Of a stretch of 64,000 nucleotides of DNA, positions 1-10,670 are shown in pieces. A program made the translations under genes and the position numbers. How positions within the stretch are numbered: the stretch's first letter is position 1; every line of letters begins with the position of its first letter. The DNA comes from an uncultured Poribacteria bacterium (GTDB lineage: Bacteria; Poribacteria; WGA-4E; WGA-3G): the NCBI GenBank assembly GCA_951813565.1, contig OX638351.1, positions 2,176,001 through 2,240,000 on the forward strand. The letters run 5' to 3'. The notes beneath the pieces were generated by a model, which did no database searches, was not told where the DNA came from, and worked only from the letters and a program-made list of their open reading frames with translations.

Positions 1-2
1 TG

Positions 3-158
3 AGTCGATTTTACAAGGGCCTGATTGATGAAGTGAAGGTGTGGAATCGTCCCTTGACTGCCGATGAACTTGAGCAGTCAGGGCAGCAACCGGCTCCAGT
101 TGATGTCACCGGAAAGTTGACAACTACTTGGGGAACGATCAAGGCAACGCTCCAATAA
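3..158 (+). CDS. 3' end of LamG-like (jelly-roll) protein with C-terminal GKLTTTWGTIK motif (partial)
   Basis: Own translation: SRFYKGLIDEVKVWNRPLTADELEQSGQQPAPVDVTGKLTTTWGTIKATLQ*. The 'GLIDEVKVWNRPL' segment is the typical end of a LamG domain. Confidence 0.8.
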   Translation, partial: SRFYKGLIDEVKVWNRPLTADELEQSGQQPAPVDVTGKLTTTWGTIKATLQ

Positions 159-175
159 ACTACTTTCACTTTATC

Positions 176-201
176 GTAGGGCGGGGTCTCTGTGCCCCGC
201 C
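176..201 (+). repeat. GTAG-headed REP-like palindrome (representative of a family of >15 copies)
   Basis: GTAG followed by a GGCGGGG/CCCCGCC hairpin. Relatives at 1335-1357, 6813-6837, 16356-16413, 19744-19770, 33036-33060, 36727-36750, 45711-45765, 51171-51196, 57232-57256, 57304-57353, 58250-58274 and 63970-63996; reverse copies near 5452-5478, 10468-10494 and 18603-18626. Confidence 0.75.
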
Positions 202-361
202 TTGGTTGTCTGAAGCAAGATTTACAGGATTATCAGATTTCCATGATTGTAGGCAACTTGAACAAACAAAACAACCCTAACTGGACGGCAAGCATATATA
301 GACTTGGTTTGATTCCCTATACTTGTATTCTAATTTCAAACTCACACTAATTTGACATAAA

Positions 362-1270
362 TCAGCATCCGAGTAAATATTCTCGGCTATTTAATGCGTC
401 TGCTAACGAATGTATAGTCGGCGCATTTTCAAGTAACAAATCCCCAGTATAGTCTCCCGATTGCAAACGCTGTTTAATAGCCTTAAAATCCACATATCCT
501 TCGCTTATTTCTGATAACACTCTTGCCTCTGTTTTCTGTTTAAAATGTACTGACGTCAGGTCATCCATCTTGACGTTACCCCAAAATTCCTCCGGTGGAT
601 TTAAGGTCGTTCCATCAGCACGATAGGTATTCGTTTCGTCATAAGTGAGTTTTACACCACCTGCAACAGCCAACCTCAAGGTTAACGTTGCTGACTGCCG
701 CGCGTTCTCCACAGCAAAAATCATCGGATACTCCGGCAAAAGCGAGGCGTACCGCTGTAGATTGGAAATTGCTGCGTTTTCATCAATCTCACCTTCAGTA
801 TCCAGATCAACAAGACGCAACCTCGCTCGTGAAGGACACAGTAGATATGCCAATTTCTTCGCGCTAACAATCTTTTGTGTATCTGCCTTAATATCATTCG
901 GTTTTGATAGCCATGAGTGAGACATTGCGTAGCTTAGCGTCAATCCTGCTGCTTTTCGGGCAAAACCATCAATCTCTTTAAATAAGACAGAATGTTTTGT
1001 TTTATCTGAATCAAAACCCTCATTTGTAATAGTGCTATCCCACACAGCATCACAGATAGCCTTAAATTCTGCATCGGTATAATCAAGCATCGCTTCTTCA
1101 AGTTTTTGAATGAGGTCACCGAATTCGGAGTTGCGGAGATAATCGCCTTCGCGAACCTCCATATCTCTAAATCCGTTTCCACCGAATTCAACCATCAAAT
1201 CATCAAAACGCGCACCATTTTCTATCTCTTTAGCCCAGATATTGGTAACAATCCCAAGTCTTTCAAACAT
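362..1270 (-). CDS. Sugar-phosphate isomerase/epimerase-like TIM-barrel protein
   Basis: Motifs FAVEN, TYDETN, VHFK and LLEN are spaced like the AP-endonuclease-2/xylose-isomerase metal ligands. Start moved to MFERLG (1270) because the longer ORF runs through a REP. Confidence 0.6.
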   Translation of the reverse strand: MFERLGIVTNIWAKEIENGARFDDLMVEFGGNGFRDMEVREGDYLRNSEFGDLIQKLEEAMLDYTDAEFKAICDAVWDSTITNEGFDSDKTKHSVLFKEIDGFARKAAGLTLSYAMSHSWLSKPNDIKADTQKIVSAKKLAYLLCPSRARLRLVDLDTEGEIDENAAISNLQRYASLLPEYPMIFAVENARQSATLTLRLAVAGGVKLTYDETNTYRADGTTLNPPEEFWGNVKMDDLTSVHFKQKTEARVLSEISEGYVDFKAIKQRLQSGDYTGDLLLENAPTIHSLADALNSREYLLGC

Positions 1271-1480
1271 TTTGACATCCTCGTGCTGTTTAAGGTATGA
1301 TATATAATGAAATATAAAAATATATTTATACATGGTAGCAGGCACGCTCCGCGTGCCGTCCGCACATTCAGCATTGATTTGGTGCCTTGTAAGCGCGCTG
1401 AATGACATGTAAGGTTAATTGGAAAATCTACTATAAAAGAAATCCATAAATAGGTCCTAACACATTTTCAAGGAGACGTT

Positions 1481-2158
1481 ATGACACAAAATCCCAAATT
1501 CACCGATGAACTGAGGCAATCTGCCTCACCAATCTGGGAGGCAGATCTTAAACATCCATTCGTTCGCGGAATAGCGGATGGAACGCTACCAACAGAAAAG
1601 TTCAAGTTCTACCTAATTCAAGATTATCTGTTCCTATTGGACTATAGCCGCGTATTTGCTTATGGCGCTATCAAGGCGCACGATGAAGCGACAATGGCAC
1701 TCTTTGCCAAACTGCTCGATGAAACGCTAAACACCGAAATGGATTTGCATCGTGGCTATTGCGAAAAATTCGGTATCTCTCCTGCTGAAATGGAAACAGC
1801 ACCGGTAGCACCGACAACATACGCTTACACGCGGCACCTACTCCACGTTGCACAAATCGGCACGTTGGCAGATGTCATTGCAGGTGTGCTCCCGTGTCAA
1901 TGGGGTTACGCTGAAATCGGCACGTCACTTGCTAAACACGGGGGTTCACCCGAACCACTATACCAAGAATGGATAGATATGTACGCTTCCCCTGAATTCC
2001 TTGCTTTAGGTGAATGGCTGCGGAACCTGCTGAACGACATCACAACTGAAAGCAGTCCCGCTGAAAAAGAGAGACTTCAGCAAAATTTTTTGCTTAGCAG
2101 TCGTTATGAATATCTGTTTTGGGAAATGGCATGGACTGAACAGGCATGGCAGATTTAA
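1481..2158 (+). CDS. tenA: Thiaminase II (TenA)
   Basis: HPFV, YLIQDYLFL, PCQWGY (catalytic Cys), WIDMY and EYLFWEMA motifs; AAGGAG RBS. Confidence 0.92.
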   Translation: MTQNPKFTDELRQSASPIWEADLKHPFVRGIADGTLPTEKFKFYLIQDYLFLLDYSRVFAYGAIKAHDEATMALFAKLLDETLNTEMDLHRGYCEKFGISPAEMETAPVAPTTYAYTRHLLHVAQIGTLADVIAGVLPCQWGYAEIGTSLAKHGGSPEPLYQEWIDMYASPEFLALGEWLRNLLNDITTESSPAEKERLQQNFLLSSRYEYLFWEMAWTEQAWQI

Positions 2159-3945
2159 TCTGATTTCTCAATTGGCAGTGCAAAATGAAATACGGTGCCT
2201 TGTCCTAATTCGCTTTCCAGCCATATTCGTCCGTTGTGGCACAGCAGAATATGTTTTGTAATTGCTAATCCTAAACCGGTACCCCCCATTTTCCGCGCGC
2301 GTCCTTCATCAACACGGTAAAACCGTTCAAAAACGCGAGATTGAGACTCTAATGGGATACCGATGCCAGTGTCTTTTATATGGACAACAGTTTCATCGGC
2401 AGTATCTGGGTCTGTTTCAACCATTTCCGCTGACACGTCAATCACACCGCCATCAGGCGTATATTTAATAGCATTGTCAATGAGATTTACAAAAACCTGC
2501 ATGAAAAGTTGGCTATCCACGTTTACTTGAGGTAAATCTTCAGGTATTTGCCACTGCAAGGTTACTCCTGATTCTTCCAACACTGGTTCAAACACATCCA
2601 AAATCTGTTCATGGAAAGCATTTAGGTGGCACAGCGAACGTTTCAACTCAACATCTCCCGATTCAAGCCGTGCCAATTCCAGTAAATCGGAAACCAATCG
2701 TGAGAGGCGCGCTGAGTGATTTAGTATCTTAACAATAAACTCTTTGCGTTTTTTGTTTTTCGTAGAGCCGTTATTCAGTAGCGTTTCCGCGTATCCGTGA
2801 ATTGTGGTCAAAGGTGTCCGCAATTCATGTGAAACGTTGGCTACGAAATCCGCGCGAATCCGCTCCAATTGCCGCACATGGCTAACATCATGGATAACGA
2901 TGACATACTCACGCTCTGCAGCGACGGGGACAATAGTTACTTCCGCCTCAGATTCCTTCAGATTCACAAGACGAATTTCTGCAAAAGCAACAGCCTCTGT
3001 TTGTTCTGCTTCTCTGAGTAGCGCCTGCAGTTCAGGAATACGGTTAATTTCAATCAATGCTCTGCCGAGATACATTTCTGGAAGGTTCAACATAACAATC
3101 GCGGCTGGATTGGCGTAAGTAATCTCGGATGCGCCGTTTACCAGCAACACCCCCTCGCTCATGTTGTTCAGGATAGTTTCTAAACGTTGATTTTCTATGG
3201 AAATCCTGTCAATCTGCTCCTGAACCCTGTCTGTCATTAGGTTGAAATTCCGTGAGAGTTGTCCTAATTCATTGTCAGATTTAACCTCAACCCGTGAAGT
3301 ATTTTCTCCAGCAGCAATAGATTGTGTGATCTGCGTCAACCTATTAATCGGCTTAACAATCGCACCAGTGCTAAAAATCCCGAACAAAATTGCGAGAACT
3401 AATCCGGCTATAGTAGCATACAATAACATTCGCTGCTGGCTACCAATTGCCGTATTAATGGTTTCCTTTGGCAACGCGACACGGCAAAAACCTATTGATT
3501 TACCATTTCGTTCAACTGGAAACACAAGGTAACGGTACTCTGTCTGTGTTGTATCGCTAAAGCGGTCTTCACTACCAATCCCATTCTCAATAGCCTCCTG
3601 AACTTCTGGTCGAGAAAGGTGATTGTCCATCTCAATTAACAACTGATCATCTCGTTCCGTATCCCCCCAAACAACCCCATCCTCACCTATAAATGTCAAA
3701 CGTACCTTTCCCGTCTTACCAAGTCTATCAACAAGACCATCAATTATTTCATAAGTAAACTTTTCTGTTTCAGGGAGTTTCTCAATAAGAAATTCTCTCG
3801 TTAATGCCGCCTGAACTTCCAACTCATTGGTAATACGATCACTAAGCACGCCTTCAAGTGCCCTGCCAAGATAAAAGTCCATTGCAAGAAGTACTAAAAG
3901 GACAATGCCTATGTAACTAAGTATTAATTGTGTTCGGATACTCAT
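2155..3945 (-). CDS. PhoR-like membrane sensor histidine kinase (HAMP-PAS-HisKA-HATPase)
   Basis: MDNHLSRPE periplasmic motif, DFVANVSHELRTPLT H-box, NLIDNAIKY, DTGIGI, FERFYRVD, GTGLGL. The stop overlaps the tenA stop (TTAA). Confidence 0.88.
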   Translation of the reverse strand: MSIRTQLILSYIGIVLLVLLAMDFYLGRALEGVLSDRITNELEVQAALTREFLIEKLPETEKFTYEIIDGLVDRLGKTGKVRLTFIGEDGVVWGDTERDDQLLIEMDNHLSRPEVQEAIENGIGSEDRFSDTTQTEYRYLVFPVERNGKSIGFCRVALPKETINTAIGSQQRMLLYATIAGLVLAILFGIFSTGAIVKPINRLTQITQSIAAGENTSRVEVKSDNELGQLSRNFNLMTDRVQEQIDRISIENQRLETILNNMSEGVLLVNGASEITYANPAAIVMLNLPEMYLGRALIEINRIPELQALLREAEQTEAVAFAEIRLVNLKESEAEVTIVPVAAEREYVIVIHDVSHVRQLERIRADFVANVSHELRTPLTTIHGYAETLLNNGSTKNKKRKEFIVKILNHSARLSRLVSDLLELARLESGDVELKRSLCHLNAFHEQILDVFEPVLEESGVTLQWQIPEDLPQVNVDSQLFMQVFVNLIDNAIKYTPDGGVIDVSAEMVETDPDTADETVVHIKDTGIGIPLESQSRVFERFYRVDEGRARKMGGTGLGLAITKHILLCHNGRIWLESELGQGTVFHFALPIEKSD

Positions 3946-4019
3946 AAGTCTTTTCGTCTGCGCGTTATTGGGGTTCCGATTTAATGATAGCACATTTTTC
4001 AGGGAGTGTAAATATTTTG

Positions 4020-4320
4020 TCCATAGGTGTCAATTCAAGAATGTATCTTTTGTTGAAGAATTTGTAATCCCACATTGATGCCATATACCTTTCGCACCGC
4101 TGGTGCTTGGTTTCTTTTGGCACCTGTATTCTGGACACATTCCGCACCGGAATCAACGCAGCATGCGCGTATGGCATGCTGCGGGTGCTAAGATGCGATT
4201 TGCCAAAGCCTCGGAGAGGCGAAAGGTGTATCACAGCTGATGTCTGTGTTTACCAAGCCCCAGAGGGACGAAAGGTGTATCACATACACAAACGTTACTC
4301 ACTAAATTGACTCCTATGGA
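4020..4320. mobile_element. MITE-like non-autonomous element, family A
   Basis: 16-bp TIRs TCCATAGGTGTCAATT / AATTGACTCCTATGGA (1 mismatch). Contains REP-like hairpins and a 34-bp insert. A lone copy of the same end lies at 18755-18770. Confidence 0.6.
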
Positions 4321-4474
4321 GCAGTTAGGAAACCGGACCTACCTGTCGCGGCATTCAAACGTATCATGGTTTTTTAACTTAAATTAACATCTATTTTTAG
4401 AACTTATTGACATTTAAATTGGGCTTTGCTAAACTGCAACTATGCTACAATTCAGCGAAACATGAGAGGCAATA

Positions 4475-5374
4475 ATGAATATCCGATATGAAGGTATTTT
4501 TTCACCGACGGTTACACCACTTGATGAAAAAGAACGCGTTGATGAACTCGGATTCGTCAAACAACTTAACCGATTGATTGACAACGGTGTTCACGGCATT
4601 TATCTGCTGGGTTCTTCTGGTGAGTTTACGACGTTAACAAATGCGGAGCGTGAACGTGCGTTAGACATCGCCACCAAAACTATCGCCGGACGCGTGCCTA
4701 TTATCTGTTGTGTGATGGATACAAGCACTCAGCGTGTCATCCAAAACATTGAGACAGCACAACAGTTTGAGGTTGATGCAGTTGCAGCGACTCCCGGTTA
4801 TTATTATCCCTCCACTGATGACGCAGACATAATCCAATTCTATCAGGAAATCGCCGCGAGCACTGAATTACCTGTGTTAATTTACAATATTCCGTCAACT
4901 GCGAAAACCGCAATCAAACCGCATATTGTTGCGCAACTGGCAGATGATTGTGATAATATCGTTGGAATCAAAGATAGTTCGGGTGATTGGATAAACAGCC
5001 TCCATCTCTTGGCACTGCTTGGTGAACGTGACGATTTCTCCATCTTCATCGGTTCGCATTTTATTATTGGGGCAGCGTTGCTATTCGGTGCTGATGGCGG
5101 GGTCATTTCTATCGCAAACGTCGCACCGAAAGAATCTGTCGCGCTCTACAACGCCGCAAAAGCACGCGATATTGACGAGGTTGACCGACTCCAAAAGTGG
5201 ATGATCAAGCTCAGCAAACTTTATACTTATGGGCAAGGTGTAAGTGGTATGAAGGCGTGTTTAGAGATTTTGGGCGTTTGTAAGGCATATACAACAAGTC
5301 CGTTGCTGCCGCTTAGTGATGCTGAGAAAGCAGAACTCAAGGAATTACTCGCCGAGTTAGGTCTTTTATCCTAA
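4475..5374 (+). CDS. Dihydrodipicolinate synthase / N-acetylneuraminate lyase family protein
   Basis: GSSGE, IYNIP and GIKDSSG (Schiff-base Lys) motifs. Confidence 0.88.
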   Translation: MNIRYEGIFSPTVTPLDEKERVDELGFVKQLNRLIDNGVHGIYLLGSSGEFTTLTNAERERALDIATKTIAGRVPIICCVMDTSTQRVIQNIETAQQFEVDAVAATPGYYYPSTDDADIIQFYQEIAASTELPVLIYNIPSTAKTAIKPHIVAQLADDCDNIVGIKDSSGDWINSLHLLALLGERDDFSIFIGSHFIIGAALLFGADGGVISIANVAPKESVALYNAAKARDIDEVDRLQKWMIKLSKLYTYGQGVSGMKACLEILGVCKAYTTSPLLPLSDAEKAELKELLAELGLLS

Positions 5375-5526
5375 ACCATAGCAGATTTACAATTAACGAT
5401 ACACTATAGATTAGTGCACTTACAAAGCGTCCCTACCAATGAATGTAAGAGACGCAATGACTTGCGCGACTACAAACGCATCAACTCAAAAGAAAATGTC
5501 TGCTTGTTTTTATAATTCACCATATA

Positions 5527-6798
5527 ATGATTGAAATACAACCGATTCACAACCCACCTAACGCTACGATAGAGGTGCCCGGCTCAAAAAGCTTTACCAA
5601 CCGTGCGCTGTTAGTTGCTGCACTCGCACACGGAGATTCTACGTTAACCGGCGCGCTTTTCAGTGATGATACGCACTATATGTGCAACGCGCTCCGAAAA
5701 CTCGGTATCCACATTACGGAAAACAAGGAACAAGCTACCTTTGATGTCGCTGGAAATGGCGGAAATATCCCCGCTCAGGGTGCAGATCTCTATGTAGGCA
5801 ACTCAGGCACAACAACTCGTTCACTTATCAGTTTTGTCTCTCTCGGACACGGTAAATTTGTCATTGATGGTGATGAACCGATGCGGCACAGTCGCCCTAT
5901 GTCAGATTTACTTGATGCACTGACGCAGCTTGGTGTTTCTGCTCGCTCCCAATTTGAAAATGGACATCTCCCTGTTATTGTTCAAGCAGATGGACTTAAA
6001 GGCGGAAAAACGAGACTTGATACGAGCAAAAGTAGCCAGTTTCTAACATCGTTGATGCTCACCGCGCCGTGTGCTAAAAAAGGGATAGAGATTGAAGTCG
6101 TTGGTAATCTCAACACGTCTTATATTGACATAACGTTGGTGGTGATGAAGGCATTCGGTGCAAAGGTTATCCACAAAGAATATCAACGTTTCCACATTGC
6201 AGGCGGACAGCAGTATCAACCGCGTTCTTACCACATTGAGCCAGATGCCTCCAGTGCGTCCTACTTTTTCGCCGCAGCTGCGCTCACTGGTGGATGCGTT
6301 ACCGTGAAGCACTTATCCACAGGTTCTGCACAAGGCGATGTGCAATTTGTGTGTGTTTTGGAACAGATGGGATGTCAAATTACTGTTTCCGATGCCGGTA
6401 TTACTGTTCAGGGACCGCATCAGTTGAAGGGTATTGATGTAGATATGAAGACGATTTCGGATACTTCGCTGACCCTCGCTGCGATTGCCCCGTTTGCTGA
6501 TAGCACAGTCGCTATCCGAAATATTGAGCATACACGTTGGCAAGAAACCGACAGAATTCACGCGATGGTGACGGAACTCCGAAAATTAGGCGTGCATGTG
6601 GTTGAACACCGAGACGGACTTGAAATCTCACCTTCTCCGATTATGCCTGCAGCGATTGATACCTATAACGACCACCGCGTAGCGATGGCGTTTTCACTTA
6701 TCGGTTTAAAGGTGCCTGGCATTCGGATTAATGATCCTGATTGCGTTAGTAAGACGTTCCCTAACTTTTTTGAAGTGCTGCAAAAGTTATATTCCTGA
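5527..6798 (+). CDS. aroA: 3-phosphoshikimate 1-carboxyvinyltransferase (EPSP synthase)
   Basis: PGSKSFTNRAL, GNSGT, SSQFLT, EPDASSASYF, QETDRI, TYNDHRVAMAF and CVSKTFP motifs. Confidence 0.93.
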   Translation: MIEIQPIHNPPNATIEVPGSKSFTNRALLVAALAHGDSTLTGALFSDDTHYMCNALRKLGIHITENKEQATFDVAGNGGNIPAQGADLYVGNSGTTTRSLISFVSLGHGKFVIDGDEPMRHSRPMSDLLDALTQLGVSARSQFENGHLPVIVQADGLKGGKTRLDTSKSSQFLTSLMLTAPCAKKGIEIEVVGNLNTSYIDITLVVMKAFGAKVIHKEYQRFHIAGGQQYQPRSYHIEPDASSASYFFAAAALTGGCVTVKHLSTGSAQGDVQFVCVLEQMGCQITVSDAGITVQGPHQLKGIDVDMKTISDTSLTLAAIAPFADSTVAIRNIEHTRWQETDRIHAMVTELRKLGVHVVEHRDGLEISPSPIMPAAIDTYNDHRVAMAFSLIGLKVPGIRINDPDCVSKTFPNFFEVLQKLYS

Positions 6799-6813
6799 TC
6801 GCACCTCTTCCTG

Positions 6814-7421
6814 TAGGAGCGAGCTCCAGCTCACGACTTAAAAGTAGTAGGCAAAACTAAATAACCAGCATTTTCATAATTTCTTTGATAATTTTGCTGT
6901 AGTACACTATACTTACTTAATAATTTTAAGGACATTCCCTTGAGTTATAGACGCGGTTTGCAGGGATTCCAGCTTGAATAGAGAAGTAATACCATGGCAT
7001 TTAGCGATTTTAAAACAATCTCTGAAGTGCAAGAAAGGTTCAGAGTTACTTATGCGGAAGATGACTTCGTCAATGCTGAACCGGCAACCCCTTCGGTAGA
7101 GTTCTTGCGAGATTTTGAATTTACACGAGAACATATCAACGTTTTTGCGTCTGAAGCATCACGGTGTGAGACGATTATCTTTCCCGTTTTGAAGGAGAGT
7201 TATAAAGCTTATGCTGATCGATACGCACTCTGGATAAAGCAAACCATCACTTACGATGACATCTTGAACGGAACACCCGACTATTTTATCTCTACTAAAT
7301 CTGAATTAGGCAAAACCGTTGTTGGAAGTCCGTTGATACTGCTGGTTGAGGCGAAGAAAAACGACTTTGATCAGGGGTGGGGTCAATGTCTGGCGGAGTT
7401 AGTCGCCGCACAAAAAATAAA
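6814..7421 (+). repeat. 608-bp segmental duplication; inverted copy at 63243-63850
   Basis: Colinear without indels. I found four substitutions: ccc/cct, agt/aat, gac/gat and ggt/ggg. Confidence 0.92.
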
Positions 7422-7458
7422 CGCAATAAGTAGTTTTGGACTTGCAAAAAGCCCTTAA
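6994..7458 (+). pseudogene. PD-(D/E)xK-like hypothetical protein truncated by IS1595
   Basis: Nearly identical to 63053..63670 up to AQKIN, then reads into the IS terminal repeat. Confidence 0.85.
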
Positions 7459-8829
7459 GCGTTATGGAAATTTATACTTAATAGGGTATGAGAATTCGGA
7501 AAAGCACTAAACGGCGAAGACTAATTTCTAACTCTAATCTGCGAGAACTTCTGCCCCTCCAACTCACATCGGTATAAAAGTTGAGCGCGCTTGATAGATA
7601 CTTTGCAACGGTAGACAATTCTTCTAATCGTTTTGCCGTTGTGATATTAGTGTGGTCCAGCTTGTCAAGACCTTATTCTTTAAGTTCTTCTGCCATCGTT
7701 GAGTGAGTCTTCATCTCATACTCTCATTGACAAACTTATCAAAAATGCTCTCAATGCTCCTATAGTTGTATTTATAGCACGCCTCTGCGACATATAGGGG
7801 CGTGTATTCAGTCCAATAGTGGTGATGACTTCCATACCAAGCACGTTTGAGAAGTGACCAGAAGCCTTCAATCGTATTGGTATGGACATTACCGTCAACA
7901 AATTGTTCTTGATGATCAATGATATGGTGCTTCATCTCTTTACCGAGTGTGAGATAAGCCTTATACTCATCAGTCATCAACTGCGATTTATCTACTTTAA
8001 CAACTTCGCGAATAAAATTTAAGATAGTCCGTCCCGTCAAATCTTTTGCGAGTCTTGCCACAACTTTCCCACCGCGTTCAATCGCTCCGATGATAGCATC
8101 TTTATCAGTGCCACGCCCACGCTTAGCAGGATCCCTGTCCTCTTTTTTGTTCGCTTTGCGAGGTTTACCTCCGACATAAGTTTCGTCAGCCTCTATGATA
8201 CCTTGTAAGAGGATATTATCTTTAGCCATTTCAGCACGGATACATGTTCCCATACGCCACGCAGTCTTTTGATCCAAGTCCAAATCTCTTGCCAACTGAT
8301 GACTTGAAAGACTCTTTTTAGCATTCGTCATCAACGAGATAGCCAAAAACCACTTCTGAAGTGCTATCTTTGTCCCGTGAAACACCGTGCCACAAGTAAC
8401 CTTGAAAGTAGCAGTGCAATCGTGGCATTGCAAGCGTCCGATGCGTCCCAATTCCGTTTCTGTTCGTCTTGCAGCGTTTGGGCAATCACAATGTGGACAC
8501 TTCGGTTTACCCTTCCACCGAATACTCTCTAAATGTTCAATACAACTCTCTTGATCAGGGAATCGTTCCATCACTTTCAACAAATCCATCAGAAAACTCC
8601 TTTTTAGGAGTTGCTTTTTCTGACAGGTTTCTGATACAATAACTAGATAAGACAGAATGCCAGAAAAGCAACTCGCTTTTTTGTGTTCAATTAGGGGGTT
8701 AACAGCCCTCTAATTTCTTATCTAAATTGTATCATATTTTCACAATTAAAACAATCGAAAAATGTAGTCTACACAAGGATTTAGAGCGATTTTTAAAATT
8801 TTGTTGCAAGTCCAAAACTACTTATTGCG
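7422..8829 (-). mobile_element. IS1595-family insertion sequence
   Basis: Perfect 26-bp TIRs CGCAATAAGTAGTTTTGGACTTGCAA at 7422-7447 and 8804-8829, enclosing the transposase. No matching target duplication. Confidence 0.92.
7711..8589 (-). CDS. IS1595-family transposase
   Basis: Zn ribbon CPHC...CHDC, EADETYVGG, MTDEYKAY and HTNTIEGFWSLLKR. Confidence 0.93.
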   Translation of the reverse strand: MDLLKVMERFPDQESCIEHLESIRWKGKPKCPHCDCPNAARRTETELGRIGRLQCHDCTATFKVTCGTVFHGTKIALQKWFLAISLMTNAKKSLSSHQLARDLDLDQKTAWRMGTCIRAEMAKDNILLQGIIEADETYVGGKPRKANKKEDRDPAKRGRGTDKDAIIGAIERGGKVVARLAKDLTGRTILNFIREVVKVDKSQLMTDEYKAYLTLGKEMKHHIIDHQEQFVDGNVHTNTIEGFWSLLKRAWYGSHHHYWTEYTPLYVAEACYKYNYRSIESIFDKFVNESMR

Positions 8830-9101
8830 ATAAAAAATGAGTGAAAACGAGCAGATTACCGATTAGACTTATGCAATAGTGTCGTTTTCCCAAAATCCCT
8901 GTACTTCACTCCGCTAAGGCGTTGTTTGCCAAAATTCCTTGCCTCGGCAAACATACTTTTCATTTTTTTAAACCTCTTTGTCCCAAATCCCCCTCTTTAT
9001 AACATTCGGATTCATGCTATTGAATATAAGTTGGGTTAGGCAGCAAGCGAAACACAACGCTAAAACCTGATGTTATCCTTTTGCAAGCATTCAAAGTATA
9101 T

Positions 9102-10359
9102 ATGAAACTACGTGGTGCTATCATCACAGGTGTTGCGCATCTTGCGGAAAATAAACTTCGCGCTGGCTTATCTATTCTCGGTATTTTCATCGGGATTGCC
9201 AGTGTGCTTTGCATGATGGCAATCGGCGATGGAGCGAAACTTCTCATAGCCAGAGATATTGAAAAACTCGGTGGTGCAAATCAAGTTCAATTTTGGACAC
9301 GCACATCCATTTGGAAAAGTCGACGCCTCGTGCGACGCACTATCGAACGATATACCCTTGAAGATGCCCATGCTATTGAGACTGAATGCCCCAACGTTCT
9401 ATTTGCCTTACCGAAAAATGAAAGATTCCGTCCCCACCATGCTTCCAGCCGATATGGAAGCTATCCCGCCCCACATCTGGAAGGTGTCACTGCAGATTAC
9501 GCTCTCGGTATGCAATGGGAGGTGCAAGCCGGTAGATTCCTCTCTAAAAACGATATTGAAAACGCTGCACAAGTCTGCGTCTTAGGTGCCAACATTGCAA
9601 GTGAATTGTTTGGAGGAAACTCGCCGCTTGGACAAGAGGTGAAGGTTCGGTCTTCTTGGCGGTTACCCTCGGTAAGGTTGTGGGTTGTCGGTGTGATAAA
9701 AACAAAAGGCAGCAGCCTCAGTTCCTGGCGTTCTTTAGATGATACAATTTGCGTGCCGTCGACAACGGCTTTTTGGTGCCCGCTATATTGACAACCTCAT
9801 TGTCTTTTTTGAAAAAGACAATGATGTGTATTATATCATAGATTCTGTTAAGGATGTCCTTCGTAAAAGACACCGAGGAAAAGATGGTTTTATCGGTTAT
9901 TGGATACCGAAAGTTAACATCCAACGACTTGAGCATATTGAAAAGGTGATAAAAATTGCGTTAGGCGGAATTGCTGGCTTTTCGCTATTTGTTAGCGGCA
10001 TCAGTATTATGAATATGGGGCTTGTTTCTGTCGGTGAGAAGACCCGCGAGATAGGCTTGCGTAAATCGGTAGGTGCAAAACGACTTCATATCTTCTTACA
10101 ATTTTTAACAGAATCGATATGCCTCTGTTTCTGCGGTGCGGTTCTCGGCATTATAGGTGGGTGGTTTGCAGCACACGGCATGACAAGACTTGCCGTGCGA
10201 ATTCTGCCGATTGTACCGGAGTGGCCTGTTGTTCTCTCTTTACCTTGGATATTAATCTCCGTTATTTTCTCCATTTTCATGGGTGTTTGTTTTGGGATTT
10301 ACCCCGAAATACAAGCATCACGGATGTCGCCTATTGATGCCCTCAAAACAGACACGTAA
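9102..10359 (+). pseudogene. MacB/FtsX-type ABC transporter permease, frameshifted near 9760
   Basis: N-half (RAGLSILGIFIGIASV, GRFL) and C-half (GISIMN, EKTREIGLRKSVGA, QFLTES, PIDAL) lie in different frames with overlap. Confidence 0.85.
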
Positions 10360-10421
10360 GAAAAAACAATTAAAATCCTAACGTACTTAATCGTCATTTT
10401 TCCATATCAATTTTTTGTATA

Positions 10422-10536
10422 ATACCAATTCTATGAATTATTTTCTCTTTTGAAAAGAAATGTCCGAGGCGCAATGAATTGCGCGACTACAAACGGCCTA
10501 TTTCTTTAAAGAGAAGTTATTTTTTAGAAATGGTAT
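10422..10536. mobile_element. MITE-like element with IS630-like TACCA ends enclosing a REP
   Basis: About 37-bp imperfect inverted arms (ATACCAATTCTATGAATTATTTTCTCTTT.. / ..AAAGAGAAGTTATTTTTTAGAAATGGTAT) around GAGGCGCAATGAATTGCGCGACTAC. Confidence 0.55.
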
Positions 10537-10670
10537 AAATTACCTGTAGGTCGGATAGAACGGTAGCGAAACCCGATAAGTATACTAAATATGCCCATGA
10601 CATTTATTGGTTACCCAATCCTACGATGGGTGACAGGGTCATCCGATTTCATACAAATCTATAGATTGAT

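Noticed and set aside
284..1392. Further copies of the 34-bp element at about 284-316 and 1362-1381
   Set aside because: They have the TTGATT tail but no convincing family stem; too degenerate to count.
1280..1480. TPP riboswitch upstream of tenA
   Set aside because: No CTGAGA or other TPP core motif; the hairpins there are REP-like.
7450..7710. Passenger gene in IS1595
   Set aside because: Only a 23-codon frame was found; unsupported.
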